The notes: generated from the letters alone by a model not told the origin. Shown: positions 12,699 to 24,883, counted from the stretch's first letter. The stretch: DNA of 64,000 bases from Sminthopsis crassicaudata (GCF_048593235.1 NC_133618.1:292789882-292853881), one strand, 5' to 3'. Numbers and translations: made by a program.

Positions 12699-14008
12699 CT
12701 CATTTTATAGAGGAGGAAACTTTGCTCAGGGAGGTAAGTAATTTGTTGAAGGTCTCACAGATGGAAGTATTGAGGCAGAATCTGACTCCAAAACCATTGC
12801 TTTTCTCACTGTTTTGCTTCCCTTTAGATGCTTTTTATTTACTTACCCCTTCCTTGAGATTGTTCCCTCTTAAACTTGAAGAAACTGCAAACTAAGGTAA
12901 TTTGTCCTTAGAAAATACTGGCGGCCATTTCAGTAGCAACTTCCCTATCTTATCTAGTAACAGTGGCTGTTTGTCAGACTAGCTGTTAATTACTTGTTGC
13001 TCATTTTCGCTGATATTACAGGGTTTGTGGCTGTATGGAGTTATGTAAGATGAATAAAGAAAACAGCATTGGTTCCAAGAAGAGTTAGACATAGGTGTGG
13101 AATTTATTCCCACTCTGAAGTGGCTGTGGATCGTCTGCTTCTTAGCTGATGATTGGGATGAGGATTCTTGGGGGTGGGGAGAAGCGAGAAGGTAGGGGGA
13201 AGATAGGGGAGGAAGTATATATTGCCTTGGTATGGAGAGGATAGTACTTAAGTACAATAGCTGGCACCTAAAGCGTGTTAAGGTTTATAAAATGCTTTTA
13301 TTATTTATTATTATTAAAATTTATATAATATATTGATTATTATTATTAAAATTTTTATAAAATTCTCAATCCTTTCAAGTAGTTTTATTTGCAGGTATTA
13401 TTGTCCTACTTTATAGATGAAGAAACAGAAGAGGCCTGAGGTGATGGTGAAGGCAGGAAATATGACTGTGTGTCCTGCTTCAGCCCAGGATCTAGTGTTC
13501 AGAATTTGTGCTGAAAGAACTGAAAATGTTTACTGAAAATAACCTACTAAGGGCAAACATCAGCTCTCATTTCATCTCTTCACTCTAATTACAAAGGCCT
13601 TGAGTGCATTGAGTGCTGCCTTTAGGGGCAGAAGACTTAGATATGAATCTTAACTCTTCTTCTTCCTCCCTGGTAACCATCTTGATTGGTAAAATGAGGA
13701 GGGTACTTTTGGGAGAAGTGACCTTAAATCCCTTCTGCTTCCAAGTCTTTTTTCACTGGTAGCTGCCACTTCTTGGTGAGCATCATCAGGAAATGGATCA
13801 GTTGATGGATAGATTCCTATGTAAGGGTGCCCCCTGTTCTTTTTGTTAATGAAGTATTAATTTTGCCTCCAACTCAGATTGTGCTTAGTGCTCACTCACA
13901 GGTGAACTCTGATGCCTATCAGCTGCTACTGCCTCAGACGGTTGGGCCAGAAGGAAGCTTTTTGTATAATCTTGCAGGAAAATGGATTTTCTCTCCTTTT
14001 CCTTCTAG

Positions 14009-14177
14009 TCAGAATTCTTACAAGAATCCAATTTGATCATGGCCAAGTTGAACTACGTGGAAGGGGATTACAAAGAAGCACTCAACATTTATGATAGGGT
14101 GGGCCTGGATGACTTGATGCTGACAGGAGTTCCACCTTACAGGTTGCGAATGATTGCCGAAGCATTTTCTACCAAAG
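14009..14177 (+). CDS. TTC7B: TTC7B coding exon 3 (169 nt)
   Basis: ccttctag|TCA GAA...AAA G|gtgaga; SEFLQESNLIMAKLNYVEGDYKEALNIYDRVGLDDLMLTGVPPYRLRMIAEAFSTK(G); phase compatible with exons 2 and 4. Confidence 0.97.
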
Positions 14178-14529
14178 GTGAGAGAGACCCTTTGATTTCT
14201 CCTCTTTTTTTTTTGTTTAAATGTTGAAATGCATGTTAGATGATTTCTCCTCTTTTTAAAGTTCTCTTTCAGGAGTGATTTTTGGAATGCTGGGAAAGCA
14301 TTTCATACCTTTTCTTGGGCGCTTCTACTCTTCTCTGGGGATTCATATTAGTCCTGCCATAAAATCTCTTCCCAAAGCTTCCAATGACATGGGAAAATTT
14401 GTTATATTGATTGGTTGTTCAATTCATTTCATTGTTCTAAGATGAACTTATTATAGAGTCAAATGTTCTAGAATTGGAAAGACCCTCTTAGTGCATTTTT
14501 TTCCTCCTCTTTTCCTCACTTAGTAGTAT

Positions 14530-15235
14530 TTTATTTTTTCTGACTATATATAAAGGTAGTTTTCAACATTTACTTTTATAAGATTTTTGAGTTCCATTTT
14601 TTTTTCTCTCTCCCCTACCCTAGACAGCAGGCAATCTGATAGGTTATAAATGTACAATTATATCAAACATATTTCTACATTACTCATGTTGTGAAAGAAA
14701 AATCAGAACAAAAGGGAATAACCATAAGAAAAAACAACAAGAAAAGTGATTATAGTATCCTTTGACCTGCATTCAGACTCCATTGTTCTTTTTCTGGATA
14801 CCGATAGCATTTTTCTATCATGAGTCTTTTAGAATTATCTTAGATCATTGTATTACTGAAAACAGCTAAGTCTGTCAAAGTTGATTATCACACAATGTTG
14901 CTGTTCTTGTTTACAATGTTCTTCTAGTTTTGTTCACTTCATTCAGCATCAGTTGATGTAAGTCCAGGTTTTTCTGAAAATACCTGCTCATCATTTCTTA
15001 TAGAACAATAATATTCCATTATATTCATTTACCACAATTTGTTCAGCCATTCCCTAATTGGGATGAGCATCTCCTCAATTTACAATTCCTTGTCGTCATT
15101 AAAAGAACTGCTATAGATAATTTTGTACATGTGGCTCTTTTCCCCCTTTTTAATGATCTCTTTGGGATAGTATTGCTGGATCAAAGGGTATGCAATTTGA
15201 TTGTCCTTAGGGCACAATTCCAACTTGCTTTCTAA
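14530..15235 (-). mobile_element. L1 3' end, older subfamily
   Basis: ttcagcatcagttgatgtaagtcc, gatagtattgctggatcaaagggtatg; antisense ORF2 tail and 3' UTR. Confidence 0.85.
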
Positions 15236-15729
15236 AATGAGAGTGCTGAAGTCTAAGGAGACTAAGTGACTTGTTTATGGTTATATAGGTAGTTCGCTTC
15301 AGAGTTAGGATTTAAATCCAAGTTCTTTGACCTCTTAATCAGTGCTCTTTTTCCTGTACTGTGCTTCATGCATCACAGAAAGTACATTGGAGTATTAGTT
15401 CAGCATTTTGTGTTTGGATATTGGCTGACTTAGTAGTCTTGTGACTGAGTCTGGGTCTCCTTTATTTTGACTATAAAATAAAAGGGTTTGAAATAGATTA
15501 TCTGTAAGAATCTCTCTAGCTTTGCATTCTGTCATCATATAAATTGATAGCCCTACTTCTGTATTCAGGGTAAATTATTTGAGCTAAAATTTTTTGGGAC
15601 ACCATGTAATAAGAACCTGTGCTTTTTTTTTTTTTTTTTTTTTTTTTAAGTTAGACATTGGTTAATTGATTTTGATTTATTTCTAGGTAGAAGGTTTTTT
15701 TTAACAACAGTCATTAAATATTTACTGTT

Positions 15730-15875
15730 GGTACAGCTAGGTGGTGCAGTGGATAGAGCACCAGCCCTGAAGTCAGGAGGACCTGAGTTCAAATCTGGTC
15801 TCAGACACTTAACAATTCCTAGCTGTGTGTCCCTGGGCAAGTCACTTAACCCCAATTGCCTCAGCCAAAAAAAAA
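15730..15875 (+). mobile_element. WSINE1-like SINE with A tail
   Basis: cagctaggtggtgcagtggatagagcacc (A box), gagttcaaatc (B box), ends ccccaattgcctcagccAAAAAAAAA. Confidence 0.92.
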
Positions 15876-16559
15876 GTGTTTTTAATATGTTGAGAATCCT
15901 CTTCTAAGAGCTGGAAGTGTATATAAAGATATATAAGGCATATACTAAGCCCACAAGGATCTTACAGTATAGAAGGGAGATAAGACATGAAAAGTTGGTC
16001 TAGCATCTTATACTGTGCTAGACCAACTTTTCATGTGTTTACTGTATTTAAACACTTATTAAATATTTGTCAAATTGCAAATGTTGAAATATATGAGTTA
16101 TCAAATGCCAGACAATTTATACAGTTTTATAAGTGCTGTAAGAATCCAGAGGCCGAGGGCCTCAGGGAAGGCTTCATGGACCAGTGGGGAGAGTCTAGGT
16201 AGGATTTTTACAGAAACAGAGGAGACTGGAAGATAATTCAGGAGGGATGAGTAGTGATTCAGGTTGTGTTGAAGGATGACTGACAGGAGGTGTCCATTCA
16301 TTTTCTCTGTGAGTACAGAAAACCATGTAGGGGAGGTGGAACTTTGAGAGTCAGGCAGAGCAGCCAAGAGAAGGTCAGTCTGAGCATGGGGACTCTCACA
16401 TCACCCACTGTGTAATGGGGGAGAAATGACTGATGAGCCAAGGGATGAGATGAGAGAAGATGTGTGGTGTACTGGAATAAGCCCTGGATTTAGAGTCTTA
16501 AGTTTTTAGTTTCTAGGCCTAATACCCATTTACTAACCATGTGACTATGGCCAATCCAG

Positions 16560-16860
16560 AGGATAACAGAACTTCAGGGCTGGGAGGTGTTTCAGGGACC
16601 ATGTGCCTGTGGTCCAGCTTTGGACCTCCACAGAAGTTCTCTTTACCACATCAGTTTGAAGACCACGAAGGAGGATGAGCTTTCCAGGACTGCCTGTTCC
16701 TTTGTAGAATTATAACTGTTAGGATTTTTATCTTTTAAATTGAATCCAATGTGCCTTTCTTAAACTTCTTTCTGTTATTTTTTGTTCTACCTTCTGCAAC
16801 CAAATAGAATGTCTAACCTTATTTCTACTTGTTAGCCCTTCATATAGGTCATAAAGCTAA
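16560..16860 (-). mobile_element. Probable CR1/L3 fragment
   Basis: ttgaatccaatgtgcctttctt...ttgttctaccttctg...aaatagaatgtctaacc...cccttcatata resembles antisense L3. Confidence 0.5.
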
Positions 16861-17664
16861 AAATATAAGCCCCAAACCCTATTTTCTGTGTATAACCCAC
16901 TGAGAACATGGAATGATATTGGCTGTTGCCCATCTTTATTATACTTATGTTTGTCTGAGAATTGATTTCCTAATTTTTAAAATGAGGATATCTGTACTTC
17001 TATTTATTCTTCAAAGTTTGTTTTGAGTGCCTCTTAGGTAGACTCAGCAAGTTTTATGAGCTTACAAGATTTAGAACTCCAAGGGACCCTCAAGATATTA
17101 TCTAAGACAATTCTATCATTTTAGAGATTGAGGAAATTAAAAATTATAATGGTGAAATGATTTGTTTGAGGTCACATAGGGAACAGGTAAGAAAATGAAG
17201 ATTTGTTCCAAGTATTTCCTAACTTTTGGTTCACTGGTTTTTTCTCTACATCTTGGCATATTTTGTACGTAATGTTCATCATGTCCATTCTGTTATCCTA
17301 TAGTTGTCACATTCAGATATTTAGTTTGGCTAATGGTGATCCCACCCCTCCATTCCACCCATTTCATGCCTCTGCTATTGACCTAGGCCTATCACTAGAC
17401 CTGATTTGCTAGGTTTATGCCATGGCAGCAACTAGGTTTGTCAATAGCTGGACAAAGTATACTTTTTGAAATGACTGATTCAACTTCCAACAAGACTTTA
17501 AAGAATTTAGCTCCTCAGTATTTTAAGGAAACTGGCCTTGAAACTTCCTAATCTGTAGTTATTCTGTCTATGGTTAAGCAGACTGAATTTGGGTGCAACT
17601 GTGTGGGGTTCTTAGCTGAGAACCATTGGAGACACCAGCATAGATAGGAGAGGACCTGTTTTAT

Positions 17665-18045
17665 TTTATTATTTTTAAAAAATAATTTTTTGTTTTCAAA
17701 ATATACGCAAAGTTTTCAGCATTCACTCTTGCAAAACCTTGTGTTCCGATTTTTTTCTCCCTCTCTTTCTCCCCCCTCCCCCTTAGAAGGGGAGTAATCT
17801 AGTATATGTTAAACATGTGCAATTCTTATGTGTATTTCCACAATTATTATGCTGCACAAGAAAAATCAAATCAAAAAGGAAAAGAAATGAGAAAGAAAAC
17901 AAAAAGCAAGCAACAACAAAAAAAATAAAAATACTATATTGTGATCCACATTTAGTTCCCATAGTCCTCTCTTTAGATGTAGATGGTTCTCTCCATCATC
18001 AGTCTATTGGAATTGGCCTGAATCACTTCATTGTTGAAAAGAGAC
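17665..18045 (-). mobile_element. L1 3' UTR fragment
   Basis: aagttttcagcattcactcttgcaaaaccttgtgttcc...ctgcacaagaaaaatcaaatc. Confidence 0.8.
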
Positions 18046-18240
18046 ACTGTGAACCTGTTTTAAAATTCCATGTGAGTTATAGCTTTTTAACTCCCTGAGA
18101 AATTTTCAATATATTGCTTTAGAAAGCAGCTTAGAAGCCTAAGACCTCAGTGATCTCTGAACACCTTAAGTAATTGGGGATAGATCAGAATAATCTTCAT
18201 CAGCACTGTGATTTTGTTTTTTTGGGTTTGTCAACTCTTA

Positions 18241-18343
18241 TTTTTTTTTCCTGAGGCTATTAGGATTAGCCTTAAGTGTCTAAGGCCAGATTTGAACTCA
18301 GGTCCTCTTGATTTTAGGGCAGGTGCTCTATCACCTAGCTAAC
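18241..18343 (-). mobile_element. Internally deleted WSINE1-like SINE
   Basis: T tail, aagtgtctaaggccagatttgaactcaggtcctc, gtgctctatc. Confidence 0.7.
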
Positions 18344-20709
18344 TTTCCCTTTACTTATGTTTTTAATACCAAAAGTAACGAGTGAAATCACCTTTTAATC
18401 TAAGAAGTATTATAGACATGTATAGAGCTACAGATATAAATAAACATATATATATATAGCTATGTTTATATATAACTTTTTTCAAGCACATAGTATTTAT
18501 GTATTGAAACTACTTGTGTGATTGGGTTATAAAAATATAACAAGGATGCTTGCTATATCCTTAAAAGGTCATGGATCATGCATGCTGTTGAGTAAAACTC
18601 TTGTGTTATTGAAAGGAGGATGCTTCCATATCCATACTTAGGATCTGTCCTCTCTGCTGGGACTTCTGTGTGTAGATCCCTTGGATTCTAGTTTGTATAA
18701 GACATAGTCAGCTTTGGATTGATAGAAATTCAAGATCAGGAATCACTCAGACCAGTCACCTCCATCTAAAAGGCTTCATTTGATTCATTGGGAGGTGATT
18801 TCTTGAAGTCTTCCTGGAAAGTGTGGTGACTTCCAAAGAAATTTTTCAGATATTGACTTTGCTAATTTTTTGATCCACTTCATGTTCTTTTTGCAGAATA
18901 GCTTGTTTCCTTGCTCATCAAGCCATGGCAAGGAGAAAATGACTGGTGGTATTTTCCCACTAGCTAAATTAAATATTTAATATTATAGACACAATAGCAA
19001 TAAATTAATATTAACTATTGCAAATCTGTTTGGTTTATCTAATACATACTCTCTGACTGAAGTTGTAAGCCCCTAGAAACCCAGAACAGTGTCTGATCAA
19101 ATTTAGTCTAAATTCTGACTAGAAAGCACTGAGAGAAAACAAAGCATTTGATAAATGCTTTTGGATGTTTGTGATATATCCAGTAGACTCCACCAAAAGT
19201 AGATCTCCCCCCACCTCTAGGCTTTGTCTGATTAATCTGTTAAGCTTTCTTGTGTATTTTCAAAGGACATCCTGCTTTCTGGTGCAGCACAATTGTTAAG
19301 TACTTTGAGGGCACCACAAATGGGTCCAGAAACACTTGGGATATGTTTGAAATAGTTATATGTGTCTAGTTAGTATCAGGTACCGTACCTTCCTCTCTTC
19401 TGTATTAGGTTCAGTAATTCTAACATTTATTAAGCACCAATTATGTATGGAACAGTGCATTCCAGGCAGGGGCAGACAAATGGAATAGTCAGCAACTAGA
19501 AAATAAACACGAATATAATTGGGACCTGGCTTAGACATTGAACTTCTTACCCAAATGTAGAACAGGGACAGAATCTGCTTTGTTTGAAGGAATTTCCTCT
19601 TTGGGAGCTCCCTGAATAAATGAAATCCACTTGTCTATACAAAGAGAAAAACATGGAGGATGGAGAATTTTGGAAAATGAGGTTGGAATGAGGAAAGACA
19701 TTAGGGAAGGTGGACTCTTGGACTTGAAGGTAAAGAAGCATTCTGAGTTTGTAGGATAGAGGGTATGGCTGGGACAGGGGTGACTTGTGCAAATGTAGGG
19801 GCAAAGGAGAGAAATAGTTGGGTGAAAACATATTAGACCAAATTTTACAGTGCATTGAAGAGGGGGGAGATAAATATATTTTTAAAAACTCCCAGGAAAG
19901 TTTGTTGGAGCCCTATTTTGGATGGTTTTGAAAGTCAGACTCTGAGAAATTTCTTTTACCCTAGAGGCAATAGAATGTTACTGAAGGCTTTTGAACAAGG
20001 GTGTGAAGTGGTCAAACTGGTAGAAAGAAGAATATTTTGGCAGCTGAGTGGAGGATGGATTGAAAAGAGATCAATAAAGAAGCAATGGAGGTTTGCACTA
20101 AGATGATGTCTGTGTAAGGGGAAGATGGCATAGATGTATGAGATGTTGTGAAAGTAGAATGCACAGAATGTAATGACTATTGATTAGCTATGAAGTGGTG
20201 GTGTAGGTAGATAATAGAAGTAAGAATAACAGATGGCTTCCAGTTTATCTCCCTGATTGACTGAGAGTATGGTATTGCCTTTACCAAAATAGGAAGATTA
20301 GAAGAAAGGTGGTTTTGGAATAAGATGATGAGATTTTTAGTTTGGGATATGTTGAATTTGATATTCTGAAGAGATATCCGGGTAAAGATGTCTTGCTGAT
20401 GGTTAAAGATAGGATACTGAAATTTTGCAATGTGGTTAGAGCTGTATATGTAGATTTGGTGATTATCTGCATCATTAGGATAATTGAATCCCTAGGTGCT
20501 AATAAGATTTTTGTGATCCTAAAATTTTAGTCCACAACAGCTTGAAGGATGGAGATGGAGGTAGGGGTGGAGGTGGTGGGCTGGTGAGAGTGGGAAATGT
20601 GGGTGATGATCCAAACAAACTGGAAGGGAGTAATAGTAAAGGGGGGGTAACAGAAGGAGAATTTAAAAAGACAGTGTCACAAAAGGCAAAGTAGGAGAAA
20701 GTCATTGTT

Positions 20710-22249
20710 TTTTTTTTTAATTTTCATTTTATTTTATAGTTATAACTTTTTTTTTGACAGTACATATGCATGGGTAATTTTTTACAACATTATCCCTTGC
20801 ACTTACTTCTGTTCAGATTTTTTCCCTCCCTCCCCCAACCCCCTCCCCCAGATGGCAGGCAGTCTTATACATGTTAAATATATTACAATATATTCTAGAT
20901 ACAATATATGTGTGTAGAACCAAATTTCTTGTTGCACAGGAAGAATTGGATTCAGAAGGTAAAAATAACAGTTTACACTCATTTCCCAGTGTTCCTTTTC
21001 TGGATGTAGCTGATTCTGTCCATCATTAATCAATTGGAATTGGATTAGCTCTTCTCTATGTTAAAGATATCCACTTCCATCAGCATACATCCTCATACAG
21101 TATCATTGTTGAAGTGTATAAGGATCTTCTGGTTCTGCTCATTTCACTCAGCATCAGTTGATGTAAGTCTCTCCAGGCCTCTCTGTATTTCTCCTGTTGG
21201 TCATTTCTTACAGAACAATAATATTCCATAACATTCATATACCATAGTTTACCCAACCATTCTCCAATTGATGGACATCCATTCATCTTCCAGCTTCTAG
21301 CCACTATGAAAAGGGCTGCCACAAACATTTTGGCACATACAGGTCCCTTTCCCTTCTTTAGTATTTCCTTGGGATATAAGCCCAGTAATAGTATGGCTGG
21401 GTCAAAGGGTATGCACATTTTGATAACTTTTTGGGCATAATTCCAGATTGCTCTCCAGAATGGTTGGATTCTTTCACAACTCCACCAACAATGTATCAGT
21501 GTCCCAGTTTTCCCACAGCCCCTCCAACATTCATCATTATTTGTTCCTGTCATCTTAGCCAATCTGACAGGTGTGTAATGATATCTCAGAGTTCTCTTAA
21601 TTTGCATTTCTCTGATCAATAGTGATTTGGAACACTCTTTCATATGAGTGGAAATAGTTTTAATTTCATCATCTGAAAATTGTCTGTTCATATCCTTTGA
21701 CCATTTATCAATTGGAGAATGGCTTGATTTCTTATAAATTAAAGTCAATTCTCTGTATGTTTTGGAGATGAGGCCTTTATCAGAACTTTTAACTGTAAAA
21801 ATGTTTTCCCAATTTGTTACTTCCCTTCTAATCTTGTTTGCATTAGTTTTGTTTGTGCAGAAACTTTTTAATTTGGTGTAATCAAAATTTTCTATTTTGT
21901 GATCAATAATGGTCTCTAGTTCTCCCTTGGACACAAACTCCTTCCTCCTCCACAAGTCTGAGAGGTAAGCCATCCCATGTTCCTCCAATTTATTTATGAT
22001 TTCGTTCTTTATGCCTAAATCTTGGACCCATTTTGATCTTATCTTAGTATGTGGTGTTAAATGTGGGTCCATGCCTAGTTTCTGCCATACTAATTTCCAG
22101 TTTTCCCAGCAATTTTTGTAAAATAATGAATTCTTATCCCAAAATTTGGGATCTTTGGGTTTGTCAAACACTAGATTGCTATTTTTATTCACTATCTTGC
22201 CCTGTGAACCTAACCTATGCCACTGATCAACTAGTCTATTTCTTAGCCA
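20710..22249 (-). mobile_element. 5'-truncated young L1 with intact TSD
   Basis: 14-bp TSD AGAAAGTCATTGTT at 20696-20709 and 22250-22263; A-rich tail on the minus strand; ORF2 C-terminus and 3' UTR. Confidence 0.96.
21080..22249 (-). pseudogene. L1 ORF2p C-terminal fragment, stop-free for ~390 codons, no genuine start
   Basis: ORF track 370 aa plus open upstream WLRNRLVDQWHRLGSQGKIV; contains CWRGCGKTGTLIHCWWSC (CX3CX7HX4C) and HSPIDKWSKDMNRQF. Confidence 0.93.
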
Positions 22250-22739
22250 AGAAAGTCATTGTTAAAAGATGGAGAATCAGAGATGAGGACTGAGGTAATA
22301 GTTGAGGTAACTGCAGATTCTGAGAGAGTAGCTTAATAGAATGGTGACTTGGAAGGCAGATTATGAGTTTAGGGAGTGAGGAACTAGGAAGCAAAGAGCA
22401 TGGACTCTTTTTAGGAGTTTGACCTTGACTAGGGAGATATGTATGTAGCATGATAACTTTAAAGGATTGCAGGATCAAGCAAAGATTTTTTTAAAAGCTG
22501 AGAGAGAAGGACTTGTTAAATGAAGAGAGACTGAAAATGAGAGTGAGGAAGTGAAACAAGGTCAGGGGAAAAGAGGAGGGGTTCAAAGGTGCAAATGACT
22601 GGGTTTTCACAGGAAGAAATATTTTACTGTGAAACTTCAGGGGAGCAAAGGAAAAGAGGATAGGTAAAGATAGAGAGTTTTTTGGGGGGTATTTGTGGGA
22701 TGTAAGAGTATTTCAAGCCAAGGATGATATTCTCTATGG

Positions 22740-22926
22740 CAGTGATCCTCAAACTTTTTAAATAGGGAGCCAGTTCACTGTCCCTCAGACTGTTGGAGGG
22801 CTGGACTATAGTAAAAACAAAAGCTCTATGTCTCTGCCCCTCAGCCCATTTGCCATAATCAGTGGGCCGCATAAAGGTCCTCAGCAGGCCGCATCTGGCC
22901 TGAGGGCCATAGTTTGAGAACCCCTG
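22740..22926. mobile_element. OC1 (OposCharlie1)-type non-autonomous hAT MITE, 187 bp
   Basis: TIRs CAGTGATCCTCAAACT and (revcomp) CAGGGGTTCTCAAACT; perfect 8-bp TSD CTCTATGG (22732-22739, 22927-22934); subterminal ccagttcactgtccctcagactgttggagggctggactatagt recognised as OC1-like. Confidence 0.85.
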
Positions 22927-22979
22927 CTCTATGGTATTAGAGATAAGAATATAAGTACAACTTATGTATTGCTTTAAGG

Positions 22980-23640
22980 TTAATCAATCAATAAACTTTT
23001 TAAAAGGGTCTTGTGACAAGCAGAATACCAGGGATACAAATACAAAATGAATGAATTCTTATCCTCTTGCATTCTGTGAGGTGAGATGACATGTCTATAT
23101 GTTATATACAAAATAAATATAAGGTAAGATTTTTATGGGAGAGCTCTAGCAGGTGAGTATGATCAGGAAAGACTTTAGGTAGAAAGTGGGTCTTAGACAG
23201 CTTTGAAGGAAATGGAGTGTCTGAGAAGCAGTAGTTAGGAGAAAACTGCTTTCTAGGCCTGAGAAGTAACCTGTGCAAGAAATGCAAGGTTGTGTGTCAA
23301 GAACAGTTAGACCAGTTGGATTGGATCATTGGGTATGTGAAGGGGAGTAATGTATAATAAAGTGAATTGGAATCAGGTTGTAAGGGCTTTAACAACCAAA
23401 TCCAGGAGTTTGTGTTTGATCCTAGAGGCAATAGTGAGGATCTTGAGTCTATTCAGTAGAGTGGTGATATAGTCAGACCCTGACTTCAGGGCAATCATTT
23501 TTGCAGCTGTGTGGTTATTTTGCAGAGAAGAGGAACTAAAGGATAGGAGATGGGTGAGGAATTTGTTGCATTACTCCAAGTACCTGCAAATAAGGACCTC
23601 AACTAAGTGGCTGAATAGAGAGAAGAGGATAGTTGCAGAA
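22980..23640 (-). mobile_element. L2 fragment
   Basis: aatcaatcaataaac terminus and purine-rich body (gatcaggaaagac, gatcctagaggcaatag). Confidence 0.6.
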
Positions 23641-24513
23641 TACACTTATCAGATGCTTCTGAACTGCAACTCTACTACAACTGTAGTTTTATAGTTTTAT
23701 AAAACTATCCATTTTATAGATGAGGAAACTGAAGCTCATCGTAAATTAGGACAAGCCAGCCTTTGACATATTTAAATTAATTATATGGTAGTAGGGGGCT
23801 CATCTGTGTAGACAAGAGTAGGTTTCCTGTACTTATTGATATGAATTTCATAAAAAAGCTCAGTATCAGGAACTTGGGAGAGATTTGAGGGAGTATTGAC
23901 ATGTTTACTGTAGAATGAAAATCCTAATTATTACTTTTGTCTCTGGGTAATGTTTCTCTAATGATGGCTCTTAGTATTGTGTTTTTGAATGTGCTGGCTT
24001 TCTCACCTTGGTTTTGAGGCTGTTCCTTCAATTTGGAATATAGCACAGAAGCAGTGAAGTTAGTGTTTAAGTTAACCTTTGTCAGTTTCTTTTAATGTGC
24101 AGTCTACTGCGTTAGGCACTAGGGGAGAGAGGAAGTTAGGGCAAAATATGATCCCTGGTCTGCCCTCAGACTCATCTGTAGCTGTAGGGTTATACATATG
24201 GCTATCAGGTGTGTAGCCAAAAGGCATGGCTTGCTTGACGTATCAGTTGTTTCTCTCTAGAGCTGGGCTCTGAACTTTTCATCATGTAAGTTTACCAGGC
24301 TCATGAATAGTTTGGGCATGGAGCTGTTTGTCACACTCATTTAATTGAATCATTTAATGAAGAAAGTTGAGGGAATATTTAAGTGTAGGCAAAATATTTG
24401 AGCTCAGACAGCCTTGGTACCTATACTTTGGGCCCTAGAATCCTGTGCATCTTGATCTCTTCAACTGGGGTACTTCATCCTTCTTTAAGCTCTTTAGAAG
24501 AAGAAAAATGTGA

Positions 24514-24883
24514 TAGTATCTTGTAAGAATGCTAATACTGCCCAAAGTCTGTGGAATTGATAGAGACAATGGTTATCTTCTTTAGCATGGTTCAGTATGA
24601 TTGATTTAATCCTACAAGGAGATGTTATGGGCCAGAACTTGAAACAAGGTACTAAGTAGAATTGATGAGACAATGGTTAAATCTAGTTTAGCATTGATTT
24701 AATCCTACAACAAATAATAATTTCCTAATGCTATAATTCTCAGTGAGGAGAAGCTCTCAGGGCAGAAAGGACAAGCCCACTAGAAGTTCTTGGAGCCTCA
24801 GCCAGGTTTCAGTTGAGCAGATTCAGAAGCCAGAGAAGGCAGCTTAAGCTCTTGGAACCAAGATTGAAGAAGACTCATTTTAA
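24514..24883 (+). mobile_element. 5' LTR of the ERV, first 24 nt inverted and 3' part deleted
   Basis: 24551-24865 aligns to 26783-27113; revcomp of 24514-24537 matches the 3' LTR start at 20/24; joins directly to gag. Confidence 0.88.

Larger units (their letters stand above)
19410..22560 (-). mobile_element. Long L2 fragment interrupted by the L1 at 20710-22249
   Basis: L2 3' terminus at ~19410 (acatttattaagcacc); purine-rich L2 body continues on both sides of the L1 insertion. Confidence 0.65.

Noticed and set aside
15730-15875. tRNA gene (A and B boxes present)
   Set aside because: The boxes belong to a tRNA-derived SINE head followed by a CORE segment and A tail; no cloverleaf
21080-22192. 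370-aa ORF as a host or domesticated gene
   Set aside because: It is the C-terminus of L1 ORF2p inside a TSD-flanked, 5'-truncated L1; the track start is TTG/GTG-type and it has no promoter
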